Shown here one piece after another: positions 9,007 through 20,200 of a stretch of DNA of 64,000 bases. A program made the translations under genes and the position numbers. How positions within the stretch are numbered: the stretch's first letter is position 1; each line of letters begins with the position of its first letter. The DNA is from Eledone cirrhosa (taxonomy: Eukaryota): NCBI GenBank assembly GCA_964016885.1, contig OZ024743.1, positions 220,224,001 through 220,288,000 of the forward strand, given 5' to 3'. A model generated the notes under the pieces. The model made no database searches and was not told the DNA's origin. It was given only the letters and a program-made list of their open reading frames with translations.

Positions 9007-11103
9007 ATGGCTACGAAAAAGAAATTTCATACGTCACTCCCACTCATTCCGTCTTCTTCTTCCTCAATCATCACTACAGCAGAGAGAAGATTGTCTCTCT
9101 CCCTCCCTTCTTTAAATGTGTCTCTCTCCCTCCCTTCTCTTTCGCAAGCGACGAAAGAAAAGAAAAGTCTCGTGCAAAGCGTGCAAGGTTTCTCCACGAC
9201 GACGACGACAGAGACGAAACAGGTGTGCGGGAAATACGAAAACCCAGTTCATTCGTCTGACGTCAGGAATAATAGCAGTAGCAGCCGTAATAACAACAGC
9301 AACAGTGACAATGAAAACAACAGTAGCAGCCGCAACAGCATCACCAGCAGCATAAACAACAACAGCATTAGCAGCAGCAACACCAACAACAACCACAGCA
9401 ACAGCGGCGGAGGCAGTAGTCGTAGTACCTGCAGCAACAACAAAAGTACCAGCAGCTCTGACGACAACAACAACAGCAGAGAAAAACCAATCTCATTTGC
9501 AGGTATTGCGAAAAATTTGGAAACAATCCTCATAACAAATGAGGAATTAGAGGAAGCGAAGAAGATGGTGACAAAGAACGGACACCGAGCAATCTGCAAG
9601 GCAGCGAAACATTTTTTCGAAACCCAAGAGCACTGTACGGTCACGTACCGTACAGTAAGTACAAAATCCCGTAGGGTGGAAAGAGCCACAGAGGCCCAAA
9701 TACAAAAAGCCTTGGGGTCTGTGTGGCAGCGGAAAACGCACATCACCCGAGGCAAAAAATATGCCACCGTAGACGTACTTTTTGCCACACCCCAGGAGGC
9801 AAAGGCCCAATCAGTAGTGACCCTAAGGAGCGAGGAAATGGTGTTGGTGCCCTCCTACTGTGGGCAAAAAATTGTGAGGGTCAAACTGACCCACGTCCCC
9901 CCCGGAATGACCCCTTCTTGGCTGGCCGCGTCTGTCCTCGTCGGAATCGAGGACAAAACAACTGTACTGCAAGTACAGAAAAAAGTAAGAGAAGATTGGG
10001 TCGGCTCCTCCATTGAGATGCTAATCCAAACCAACCAGGAGTGCATCGAAGCTATCCCGGATGTGATAGACTTCGATAACGGCACTCAACTTCCCATAAG
10101 TGTTGAGGGCAAACGCCCGAAATGCTTTCGCTGTGGATCGAAGACTCACCTCAGGGCCTTCTGCAACGAGAAGACCCTGAGAAAGGAGAAAACCCCCCTC
10201 CTTCCGAATCCGGCTCCACGGCTACCAGCAACAGGACAAGCGGCAACCAGGAACGATAGGCCCGTGGCACCCATACCCACTCCACGGAAATCAAAAACAG
10301 CAGCAGCAGTGGAAATACTAACAACAACAACAGCAATACCAAATGCAGCTGCAACAGAGACTCCAGTGCAAACATCACCAACAACAACAAGTGAAAGAGT
10401 GGAGTTGGTACCCCTCCCCGACCTCACAGAATCAGACATGGAGTGTGAGGTGGGAGAGAGATGGCAAAAGGTCGTAAGAAGGCACAAACGCAGAAGCAGC
10501 GCATCGTCGCCTTTGAAAAGTGAGGAAAGAAATGAGAAAAGGGTAAAGTCTACTGCAAAGAGACCCACAGCAGCAACAACACCAACACCATCACCACCCA
10601 CACTAGCGCCACCATCACCACCGGCGACAACCCCACCGGCAACAACACCTTCAACACCACCACCACAAGCACCAACATCGCAAACACAACAACAAAACAC
10701 ACACACCCAGCAACAACGACAAGAAAATAGCAGAACCACACCCCACCCCCAGAAAAACAAATGCACGGCAATAAATACACACAACAAGAAACTAATGACT
10801 TACATAATTGAACACACAGACATTTCACAACAGGACTACATAATACCAGCACCAATCAAAACGCCAACTAACATAAGACTGCTAAAAATAGCACAGAAAC
10901 AATACACAAATATTAAAACGAAATTCCCCAACGCAGTTGGTGATTTCAGGGACCTAGGAGGAACCATCAATCGAAGAGTATACTCAGACATTCTCTTAGA
11001 AGAGCCGACGACCAGCCGAAGGGACGATTCAACGGTCCCTTCACCAGACGATCAAGTGAAAAGGGATGTAAAAACCATCCCTCCTCTACCAAAAGTACGG
11101 TAA
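9007..11103 (+). CDS. ORF1 of unit C
   Basis: ATG at 9007 (MATKKKF...), CCHC knuckle, intact. Confidence 0.9.
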   Translation: MATKKKFHTSLPLIPSSSSSIITTAERRLSLSLPSLNVSLSLPSLSQATKEKKSLVQSVQGFSTTTTTETKQVCGKYENPVHSSDVRNNSSSSRNNNSNSDNENNSSSRNSITSSINNNSISSSNTNNNHSNSGGGSSRSTCSNNKSTSSSDDNNNSREKPISFAGIAKNLETILITNEELEEAKKMVTKNGHRAICKAAKHFFETQEHCTVTYRTVSTKSRRVERATEAQIQKALGSVWQRKTHITRGKKYATVDVLFATPQEAKAQSVVTLRSEEMVLVPSYCGQKIVRVKLTHVPPGMTPSWLAASVLVGIEDKTTVLQVQKKVREDWVGSSIEMLIQTNQECIEAIPDVIDFDNGTQLPISVEGKRPKCFRCGSKTHLRAFCNEKTLRKEKTPLLPNPAPRLPATGQAATRNDRPVAPIPTPRKSKTAAAVEILTTTTAIPNAAATETPVQTSPTTTSERVELVPLPDLTESDMECEVGERWQKVVRRHKRRSSASSPLKSEERNEKRVKSTAKRPTAATTPTPSPPTLAPPSPPATTPPATTPSTPPPQAPTSQTQQQNTHTQQQRQENSRTTPHPQKNKCTAINTHNKKLMTYIIEHTDISQQDYIIPAPIKTPTNIRLLKIAQKQYTNIKTKFPNAVGDFRDLGGTINRRVYSDILLEEPTTSRRDDSTVPSPDDQVKRDVKTIPPLPKVR

Positions 11104-11138
11104 GTGGTCTTTCCCATCTTTTCCACTCTATTTTAAAC

Positions 11139-14100
11139 ATGACCTCACTCAGAATAGGCAGCATAAATGCGCGTGGCTTGGGGTCGTCATGGAAGCAGGG
11201 TCACCTGCTCAACGACCTCAGGTCACTAAACATAGATGTAGTGGCCATCAGCGAGACCAGAATCTCCGAAGCACGGGCCTTCGCACCGATCTTCGGCGGC
11301 TACGATGTGTACGCATCTCCCAGCCGTCCTGGATCGGGTGGAGGAGTTGCTGTGCTTTTTCGGAGAGGTTTGGATCTCGCCATACGGGCCATCTTCCTGG
11401 ACCCAGAGGGTAAGCTGGTGGTGCTGGACGTGACCAGCGGAGACGGGCAAGCTTTCAGGCTAGTGGCCGTCTATGCCCCGACAGGAGCAGGGCGGCCTGA
11501 TTTCTTCCGGCGTCTGGAGACCTTTCTTGGAACGTCCCGCTCTTTAGTGTTAGTGGGCGACTGGAACGGGATCTTAGATGCACGCTGGGACTGTGTGGGA
11601 TTAGCGGATAGGGGTGGAGGGTGCAAGAGCCTCACCAACCTGCTCAGGCGTTTTGAACTGTCTGACAGGTACCGATTGGATTTCCCGAATGTGCCAATGT
11701 GGACTTGGACAAACCGCATAGGGTCATCCAGATCATATCTAGATAGAGTATTTTGTAGGGAAATAGATAGGTCTAGCATAGGCTGTCCACAATTCAAGAT
11801 AGTCAGCTACACGGACCACAAATTCGTGACCTGTGTGCTTGACTTAGATAGGCTTCATAGACGAGGACCCGGCTACTGGAAGCTAAACGCGTCCTTACCA
11901 GCGCGCAAGGCCTACAGAGACCGGATTAGCGAACTAGTTAAGCGGGCGTTGACGGGGGCCATCGTCAACAACAAGTGGTGGTTTGCTCTGAAAAGAGCGA
12001 TTAGAATAGAATCGATTAGGTTTAGTAAGGCTTTAGCAATAGAGAAAAATAGAGCAGAGGGAGAACTAGTTAGAAAATTAGACGAGGCGCTTAGCAAAGG
12101 CATTGCGACCGACGTGCTTGCGGCGAAATTGGCCCTTGACCAATTCTTCAATGCAAAGCACGAAGGCTGCGTTGTCAGAGCTAGGGTGCGTGCTCTCAGA
12201 CACGAGGGGACGAAAGCCGTTCAATGGGCCCGAGTGGCGGAGGCGCGTCGTGGCAACAAAGCCACGATCCGGTCTTTGGTGGACCACGACGGGCGCATGC
12301 TACTCGATCCCGGGAAAATGTGTGAAGCTTTTCAGCGACACTTCGCTCAGCTGTTCGGGGGCAGCGGGGGGCCGGGTAGAGGGATGGACTTTAGTGTCTA
12401 CCTCGACGGACTGCCGCGGCTCTCGGCCACTGAGGCGAGGTGTTGCGAAAAGCCGATAACAGCCGCTGAAGTACGGGAGGCAATGACTGGCTGCACAAGG
12501 GGTAAATCGCCTGGTTTGGATGGTCTGCCCTATGAACTTTACGTACAGATGCCAGACTTGTTCGGAGGCCTCTTGGCGGACGTCTACTGCAACTGGCAAC
12601 AGAACGGGAGAATTCCCAGTTCTGTGAGCCGAGGAGCGGTGGCACTGCTGAGAAAGGATCCGAACAAGGGGGATAACATAGACAATTTCCGGCCCATAAC
12701 TCTGCTAAACACAGAGTTTAAGATTTTGGCCAAGGTGCTAGCAAAGAGGTTGGCGCTTGTCGTTGGTGGTCTGGTGGGAGAGGCACAGACATGCGCCATT
12801 CCCGACAGATCCATCCACGACAACCTCCACCTCATGCGATACATCGTAGAGAGGGTAGCTAGGGAACCTGGCACGGGTGGGTCCTTGATCAATTTAGATC
12901 AGTCGAAAGCTTTCGATAGGGTCGACCATCGTTACCTAGCGGCAGTCCTGAGGGCGGCTGGCTTTGGGCCCGTCTTCAGAGGCTGGATCGCTGCCATGCA
13001 CAGCGACATCTGCTCTGTGGTGAGAGTGAACGGTCACCTGTCGGAACCGTTCAACATCATGCGCTCGGTCCGCCAAGGATGTCCCCTCTCGTCCCTCTTG
13101 TACGTATTGACTCTCGAGCCATTACTGCACAAACTGGAGACGTTGAGGGGGGTCCCGCGCGAACTAGGATGCGGAAGATCCGTGTCAGCATATGCGGACG
13201 ATGTCACCGTAGTGGTGTCGAACGCCAAACACATCGAGGCGATCGGCACTACACTAAGAGAATACGAAGCGGTGACAGGAGCAATGATCAACCAGGAAAA
13301 GTCAGTGGGCCTGCAGCTCGGCACCTGGAGAGGCAGGTCCATGCCGTCCAACAGCGTCGTCGGGCGCTGGACGGACGGACCGGTTAAATTGCTAGGGGTC
13401 TGGTTCGGTCCGGACCTCCAGACGGACAAAAACTGGGACGAGGTGACGAGCAGGGTGGCTTCTCTCACCCAGAAATGGGCGGAGAGGAAGCTATCCCTGA
13501 AAGGTCGAGCGGAGGTGGCTAACGCGTACATCGCGTCTGTCATCTGCTACCGCCTAACCGTCGTACCTTGTCCTAAGCCTCGCCTGACTGCGCTGGAGCG
13601 TTTGCTCTTTCGCTTTTTGTGGAAGGGACGTGCTCCGATGGTCAGGCGGTCCATCTGTTGTCAACACCCACTACGTGGAGGGCTGGGCATGCCGTGGCTG
13701 ATGATGCGCAGGCACGCGCTCAGGCTACGACATCTCCACCTCTTCCTCGACGGTGATCAGGTGTGGTCGCCGTTTGCTAGACGCGTTTTTCCCCAGCTCG
13801 TTTCCTTGACGGAGCTGCAGTCCTGGGTCAAGCGAAGACCGAGAGGGAGCGCCTGGAGACTGGAATGTCTTCAGGCGCTCACAGCCCTCGACCAATCGGG
13901 CAATGTGATCGGTGGAAACTCCACCTCGGCGTTCTATAGAGGATTAGTGGAGGGGAAGAGCGACGACGTACTTGGGGAAACTCTAGGCGTCGACGAAAAT
14001 CAACTAGCCAATCTCTTCGGAAGAACTTTCGGGCCGGGGCCTATGGACAACTTCCAGAAATCTCTGGCCTGGCAGTGCTACCGAGGAGCCTTGCCAGTTC

Positions 14101-14558
14101 GGGATAAACTCTACAGGCATGGAGGTGCCGTCAGCCGGGCATGTCCGAGATGCGCGCAGGGCGACGAAACCGTCCTGCACGCACTCGTCCAGTGTCCGAA
14201 AATTGCTGACTTGTGGGTTTATGTCGAACACCTGCTGTCGCGTTTAGGACGGATCCAGCTATCATCTGAGTCTATCGTGAGGATTGCCCCGCCCTCCTCC
14301 TTTAGCCGGGAAGGGCAGGCAGTTTTTATCTGTCTGGTGGCCATGGCGAAAGAGATAGTATGGTGGACACGTTTGAAAGGGCTGAAGACGAGCACTTACC
14401 TCTTCCGTGATGCTCTGATTGACTTTTTCAAATTTCATTTGAAAAGGAAAATCAGAGTAGAGAAGGAAGTGTTCTCTTCCCAGCATTTTGTTGAAAGATG
14501 GGTGAGAGAAGCAAGAATGGCCCGAGTGAATGGGCCGACTCTGAGTATATATCTGTAA
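11139..14558 (+). CDS. ORF2 of unit C (APE-RT-ZnF), 1139 aa
   Basis: Same motifs as unit B, intact. Confidence 0.97.
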   Translation: MTSLRIGSINARGLGSSWKQGHLLNDLRSLNIDVVAISETRISEARAFAPIFGGYDVYASPSRPGSGGGVAVLFRRGLDLAIRAIFLDPEGKLVVLDVTSGDGQAFRLVAVYAPTGAGRPDFFRRLETFLGTSRSLVLVGDWNGILDARWDCVGLADRGGGCKSLTNLLRRFELSDRYRLDFPNVPMWTWTNRIGSSRSYLDRVFCREIDRSSIGCPQFKIVSYTDHKFVTCVLDLDRLHRRGPGYWKLNASLPARKAYRDRISELVKRALTGAIVNNKWWFALKRAIRIESIRFSKALAIEKNRAEGELVRKLDEALSKGIATDVLAAKLALDQFFNAKHEGCVVRARVRALRHEGTKAVQWARVAEARRGNKATIRSLVDHDGRMLLDPGKMCEAFQRHFAQLFGGSGGPGRGMDFSVYLDGLPRLSATEARCCEKPITAAEVREAMTGCTRGKSPGLDGLPYELYVQMPDLFGGLLADVYCNWQQNGRIPSSVSRGAVALLRKDPNKGDNIDNFRPITLLNTEFKILAKVLAKRLALVVGGLVGEAQTCAIPDRSIHDNLHLMRYIVERVAREPGTGGSLINLDQSKAFDRVDHRYLAAVLRAAGFGPVFRGWIAAMHSDICSVVRVNGHLSEPFNIMRSVRQGCPLSSLLYVLTLEPLLHKLETLRGVPRELGCGRSVSAYADDVTVVVSNAKHIEAIGTTLREYEAVTGAMINQEKSVGLQLGTWRGRSMPSNSVVGRWTDGPVKLLGVWFGPDLQTDKNWDEVTSRVASLTQKWAERKLSLKGRAEVANAYIASVICYRLTVVPCPKPRLTALERLLFRFLWKGRAPMVRRSICCQHPLRGGLGMPWLMMRRHALRLRHLHLFLDGDQVWSPFARRVFPQLVSLTELQSWVKRRPRGSAWRLECLQALTALDQSGNVIGGNSTSAFYRGLVEGKSDDVLGETLGVDENQLANLFGRTFGPGPMDNFQKSLAWQCYRGALPVRDKLYRHGGAVSRACPRCAQGDETVLHALVQCPKIADLWVYVEHLLSRLGRIQLSSESIVRIAPPSSFSREGQAVFICLVAMAKEIVWWTRLKGLKTSTYLFRDALIDFFKFHLKRKIRVEKEVFSSQHFVERWVREARMARVNGPTLSIYL

Positions 14559-14832
14559 ACTAAAGGTGGAAAACTGGGAGAGGGCACTTGCCTTGGTGGT
14601 CAGGGTCATTGTGGCTTTTTACTGGGCTTTCTCCACAAATGTCCCTCCGAAGTCTCCCCCCTATTGGGGAATTTTTCATTGTTATTTTCATTGTTATTTT
14701 CATTGTTATTTTTGTTACATCCTCTATTTTTGTTTTTTTACACGCAGAAATGCCCATTTGTACCGTCCTGCATTGTCCTGCACTGTCCTTAATGTCTACT
14801 TTATGTAAACCCTTGTGGTTAATAAAGAAATC

Positions 14833-14886
14833 ATTATTGTTGTTGTCGTTATTATTATTATTGCTATTATTATTATTATTATTATT
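14833..14886 (+). repeat. Interrupted (ATT)n spacer identical to 2678-2731
   Basis: Same 18-triplet pattern including the GTT/GTC/GCT variants. Confidence 0.95.
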
Positions 14887-15099
14887 GAATGCCATGGTTG
14901 ACGGAGGCTCGGCTCTGTAAGCTATAGTAATTTTTAACCGTTAAAACAATTGTAAATTGTTTAAAACTTGAACCAAATTGTTGATAAAGACACCCTCCTC
15001 CTCGTGAGAGGGGTCTTTCTGTCCGTTATTTGGCCCTTCGGGGTTAAATAACCAGTTATTGGGGTTTTGTACCCAAAATTTCATTTTAAACAAAAAAAC

Positions 15100-17196
15100 A
15101 TGGCTACGAAAAAGAAATTTCATACGTCACTCCCACTCATTCCGTCTTCTTCTTCCTCAATCATCACTACAGCAGAGAGAAGATTGTCTCTCTCCCTCCC
15201 TTCTTTAAATGTGTCTCTCTCCCTCCCTTCTCTTTCGCAAGCGACGAAAGAAAAGAAAAGTCTCGTGCAAAGCGTGCAAGGTTTCTCCACGACGACGACG
15301 ACAGAGACGAAACAGGTGTGCGGGAAATACGAAAACCCAGTTCATTCGTCTGACGTCAGGAATAATAGCAGTAGCAGCCGTAATAACAACAGCAACAGTG
15401 ACAATGAAAACAACAGTAGCAGCCGCAACAGCATCACCAGCAACATAAACAACAACAGCATTAGCAGCAGCAACACCAACAACAACCACAGCAACAGCGG
15501 CGGAGGCAGTCGTCGTAGTACCTGCAGCAACAACAAAAGTACCAGCAGCTCTGACGACAACAACAACAGCAGAGAAAAACCAATCTCATTTGCAGGTATT
15601 GCGAAAAACTTGGAAACAATCCTCATAACAAATGAGGAATTAGAGGAAGCGAAGAAGATGGTGACAAAGAACGGACACCGAGCAATCTGCAAGGCAGCGG
15701 AAAAGTTTTTCGAGACCCAAGAGCACTGTACGGTCACGTACCGTACAGTAAGTACAAAATCCCGTAGGGTGGAAAGAGCCACAGAGGCCCAAATACAAAA
15801 AGCCTTGGGGTCTGTGTGGCAGCGGAAAACGCACATCACCCGAGGCAAAAAATATGCCACCGTAGACGTACTTTTTGCCACACCCCAGGAGGCAAAGGCC
15901 CAATCAGTAGTGACCCTAAGGAGCGAGGAAATGGTGTTGGTGCCCTCCTACTGCGGGCAAAAAATTGTGAGGGTCAAACTGACCCACGTCCCCCCCGGAA
16001 TGACCCCTTCTTGGCTGGCCGCGTCTGTCCTCGTCGGAATCGAGGACAAAACAACTGTACTGCAAGTACAGAAAAAAGTAAGAGAAGATTGGGTCGGCTC
16101 CTCCATTGAGATGCTAATCCAAACCAACCAGGAGTGCATCGAAGCTATCCCAGATGTGATAGACTTCGATAACGGCACTCAACTGCCCATAAGTGTTGAG
16201 GGCAAACGCCCGAAATGCTTTCGCTGTGGATCGAAGACTCACCTCAGGGCCTTCTGCAACGAGAAGACCCTGAGAAAGGAGAAAACCCCCCTCCTTCCGA
16301 ATCCGGCTCCACGGCTACCAGCAACAGGACAAGCGGCAACCAGGAACGATAGGTCCGTGGCACCCATACCCACGCCACGGAAATCAAAAACAGCAGCAGC
16401 AGTGGAAATATTAACAACAACAACAGCAATACCAAATGCAGCTGCAACAGAGACTCCAGTGCAAACATCACCAACAACAACAAGTGAAAGAGTGGAGCTG
16501 GTACCCCTCCCCGACCTCACAGAATCAGACATGGAGTGTGAGGTGGGAGAGGGATGGCAAAAGGTCGCAAGAAGGCACAAACGCAGAAGCAGCACATCGT
16601 CGCCTTTGAAAAGGGAGGAAAGAAATGAGAAAAGGGTAAAGTCTACTGCAAAGAGACCCACAGCAGCAACACCACCAACACCATCACCACCCACACCAGC
16701 ACCACCATCACCACCGGCGACAACCCCACCGCCAACAACACCTTCAACACCACCACCACAAGCACCAACATCGCAAACACAACAACAAAACACACACACC
16801 CAGCAACAACGACAAGAAAATAGCAGAACCACACCCCACCCCCAGAAAAACAAATGCACGGCAATAAACACACACAACAAGAAACTAATGACTTACATAA
16901 TGGAACACACAGACATTTCACAACAGGACTACATAATACCAGCACCAATCAAAACGCCAACTAACATAAGACTGCTAAAAATAGCACAGAAACAATACAC
17001 AAACATTAAAACGAAATTCCCCAACGCAGTTGGTGATTTCAGGGACCTAGGAGGAACCATCAATCGAAGAGTATATTCAGACATTCTCTTAGAAGAGCCG
17101 ACGACCAGCCGAAGGGACGATTCAACGGTCCCTTCACCAGACGATCAAGTGAAAAGGGATGTAAAAACCATCCCTCCTCTACCAAAAGTACGGTAA
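15100..17196 (+). CDS. ORF1 of unit D
   Basis: ATG at 15100, CCHC knuckle, intact. Confidence 0.9.
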   Translation: MATKKKFHTSLPLIPSSSSSIITTAERRLSLSLPSLNVSLSLPSLSQATKEKKSLVQSVQGFSTTTTTETKQVCGKYENPVHSSDVRNNSSSSRNNNSNSDNENNSSSRNSITSNINNNSISSSNTNNNHSNSGGGSRRSTCSNNKSTSSSDDNNNSREKPISFAGIAKNLETILITNEELEEAKKMVTKNGHRAICKAAEKFFETQEHCTVTYRTVSTKSRRVERATEAQIQKALGSVWQRKTHITRGKKYATVDVLFATPQEAKAQSVVTLRSEEMVLVPSYCGQKIVRVKLTHVPPGMTPSWLAASVLVGIEDKTTVLQVQKKVREDWVGSSIEMLIQTNQECIEAIPDVIDFDNGTQLPISVEGKRPKCFRCGSKTHLRAFCNEKTLRKEKTPLLPNPAPRLPATGQAATRNDRSVAPIPTPRKSKTAAAVEILTTTTAIPNAAATETPVQTSPTTTSERVELVPLPDLTESDMECEVGEGWQKVARRHKRRSSTSSPLKREERNEKRVKSTAKRPTAATPPTPSPPTPAPPSPPATTPPPTTPSTPPPQAPTSQTQQQNTHTQQQRQENSRTTPHPQKNKCTAINTHNKKLMTYIMEHTDISQQDYIIPAPIKTPTNIRLLKIAQKQYTNIKTKFPNAVGDFRDLGGTINRRVYSDILLEEPTTSRRDDSTVPSPDDQVKRDVKTIPPLPKVR

Positions 17197-17231
17197 GTGG
17201 TCTTTCCCATCTTTTCCACTCTATTTTAAAC

Positions 17232-20200
17232 ATGACCTCACTCAGAATAGGCAGCATAAATGCGCGTGGCTTGGGGTCGTCATGGAAGCAGGGTCACCTG
17301 CTCAACGACCTCAGGTCACTAAACATAGATGTAGTGGCCATCAGCGAGACCAGAATCTCCGAAGCACGGGCCTTCGCACCGATCTTCGGCGGCTACGATG
17401 TGTACGCATCTCCCAGCCGTCCTGGATCGGGTGGAGGAGTTGCTGTGCTTTTTCGGAGAGGTTTGGATCTCGCCATACGGGCCATCTTCCTGGACCCAGA
17501 GGGTAAGCTGGTGGTGCTGGACGTGACCAGCGGAGACGGGCAAGCTTTCAGGCTAGTGGCCGTCTATGCCCCGACAGGAGCAGGGCGGCCTGATTTCTTC
17601 CGGCGTCTGGAGACCTTTCTTGGAACGTCCCGCTCTTTAGTGTTAGTGGGCGACTGGAACGGGATCTTAGATGCACGTTGGGACTGTGTGGGATTAGCGG
17701 ATAGGGGTGGAGGGTGCAAGAGCCTCACCAACCTGCTCAGGCGTTTTGAACTGTCTGACAGGTACCGATTGGATTTCCCGAATGTGCCAATGTGGACTTG
17801 GACAAACCGCATAGGGTCATCCAGATCATATCTAGATAGAGTATTTTGTAGGGAAATAGATAGGTCTAGCATAGGCTGTCCACAATTCAAGATAGTCAGC
17901 TACACGGACCACAAATTCGTGACCTGTGTGCTTGACTTAGATAGGCTTCATAGACGAGGACCCGGCTACTGGAAGCTAAACGCGTCCTTACCAGCGCGCA
18001 AGGCCTACAGAGACCGGATTAGCGAACTAGTTAAGCGGGCGTTGACGGGGGCCATCGTCAACAACAAGTGGTGGTTTGCTCTGAAAAGAGCGATTAGAAT
18101 AGAATCGATTAGGTTTAGTAAGGCTTTAGCAATAGAGAAAAATAGAGCAGAGGGAGAACTAGTTAGAAAATTAGACGAGGCGCTTAGCAAAGGCATTGCG
18201 ACCGACGTGCTTGCGGCGAAATTGGCCCTTGACCAATTCTTCAATGCAAAGCACGAAGGCTGCGTTGTCAGAGCTAGGGTGCGTGCTCTCAGACACGAGG
18301 GGACGAAAGCCGTTCAATGGGCCCGAGTGGCGGAGGCGCGTCGTGGCAACAAAGCCACGATCCGGTCTTTGGTGGACCACGACGGGCGCATGCTACTCGA
18401 TCCCGGGCAAATGTGTGAAGCTTTTCAGCGACACTTCGCTCAGCTGTTCGGGGGCAGCGGGGGGCCGGGTAGAGGGATGGACTTTAGTGTCTACCTCGAC
18501 GGACTGCCGCGGCTCTCGGCCACTGAGGCGAAGTGTTGCGAAAAGCCGATAACAGCCGCTGAAGTACGGGAGGCAATGACTGGCTGCACAAGGGGTAAAT
18601 CGCCTGGTTTGGATGGTCTGCCCTATGAACTTTACGTACAGATGCCAGACTTGTTCGGAGGCCTCTTGGCGGACGTCTACTGCAACTGGCAACAGAACGG
18701 GAGAATTCCCAGTTCTGTGAGCCGAGGAGCGGTGGCACTGCTGAGAAAAGATCCGAACAAGGGGGATAACATAGAAAATTTCCGGCCCATAACTCTGCTA
18801 AACACAGAGTTTAAGATTTTGGCCAAGGTGCTAGCAAAGAGGTTGGCGCTTGTCGTTGGTGGTCTGGTGGGAGAGGCGCAGACATGCGCCATTCCCGACA
18901 GATCCATCCACGACAACCTCCACCTCATGCGATACATCGTAGAGAGGGTAGCTAGGGAACCTGGCACGGGTGGGTCCTTGATCAATTTAGATCAGTCGAA
19001 AGCCTTCGATAGGGTCGACCATCGTTACCTAGCGGCAGTCCTGAGGGCGGCTGGCTTTGGGCCCGTCTTCAGAGGCTGGATCGCTGCCATGCACAGCGAC
19101 ATCTGCTCTGTGGTGAGAGTGAACGGTCACCTGTCGGAACCGTTCAACATCATGCGCTCGGTCCGCCAAGGATGTCCCCTCTCGTCCCTCTTGTACGTAT
19201 TGACTCTCGAGCCATTACTGCACAAACTGGAGACGTTGAGGGGGGTCCCGCGCGAACTAGGATGCGGAAGATCCGTGTCAGCATATGCGGACGATGTCAC
19301 CGTAGTGGTGTCGAACGCCAAACACATCGAGGCGATCGGCACTACACTAAGAGAATACGAAGCGGTGACAGGAGCAATGATCAACCAGGAAAAGTCAGTG
19401 GGCCTGCAGCTCGGCACCTGGAGAGGCAGGTCCATGCCGTCCAACAGCGTCGTCGGGCGCTGGACGGACGGACCGGTTAAATTGCTAGGGGTCTGGTTCG
19501 GTCCGGACCTCCAGACGGACAAAAACTGGGACGAGGTGACGAGCAGGGTGGCTTCTCTCACCCAGAAATGGGCGGAGAGGAAGCTATCCCTGAAAGGTCG
19601 AGCGGAGGTGGCTAACGCGTACATCGCGTCTGTCATCTGCTACCGCCTAACCGTCGTACCTTGTCCTAAGCCTCGCCTGACTGCGCTGGAGCGTTTGCTC
19701 TTTCGCTTTTTGTGGAAGGGACGTGCTCCGATGGTCAGGCGGTCCATCTGTTGTCAACACCCGCTACGTGGAGGGCTGGGCATGCCGTGGCTGATGATGC
19801 GCAGGCACGCGCTCAGGCTACGACATCTCCACCTCTTCCTCGACGGTGATCAGGTGTGGTCGCCGTTTGCTAGACGCGTTTTTCCCCAGCTCGTTTCCTT
19901 GACGGAGCTGCAGTCCTGGGTCAAGCGAAGACCGAGAGGGAGCGCCTGGAGACTGGAATGTCTTCAGGCGCTCACAGCCCTCGACCAATCGGGCAATGTG
20001 ATCGGTGGAAACTCCACCTCGGCGTTCTATAGAGGATTAGTGGAGGGGAAGAGCGACGACGTACTTGGGGAAACTCTAGGCGTCGACGAAAATCAACTAG
20101 CCAATCTCTTCGGAAGAACTTTCGGGCCAGGGCCTATGGACAACTTCCAGAAATCTCTGGCCTGGCAGTGCTACCGAGGAGCCTTGCCAGTTCGGGATAA

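Larger units (their letters stand above)
8794..14886 (+). mobile_element. Full-length Tx1/L1-clade retrotransposon, unit C (6093 bp)
   Basis: Same organisation as unit B, with one extra copy of the 12-bp TTTCATTGTTAT repeat in the 3' UTR and a longer spacer. Confidence 0.95.
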
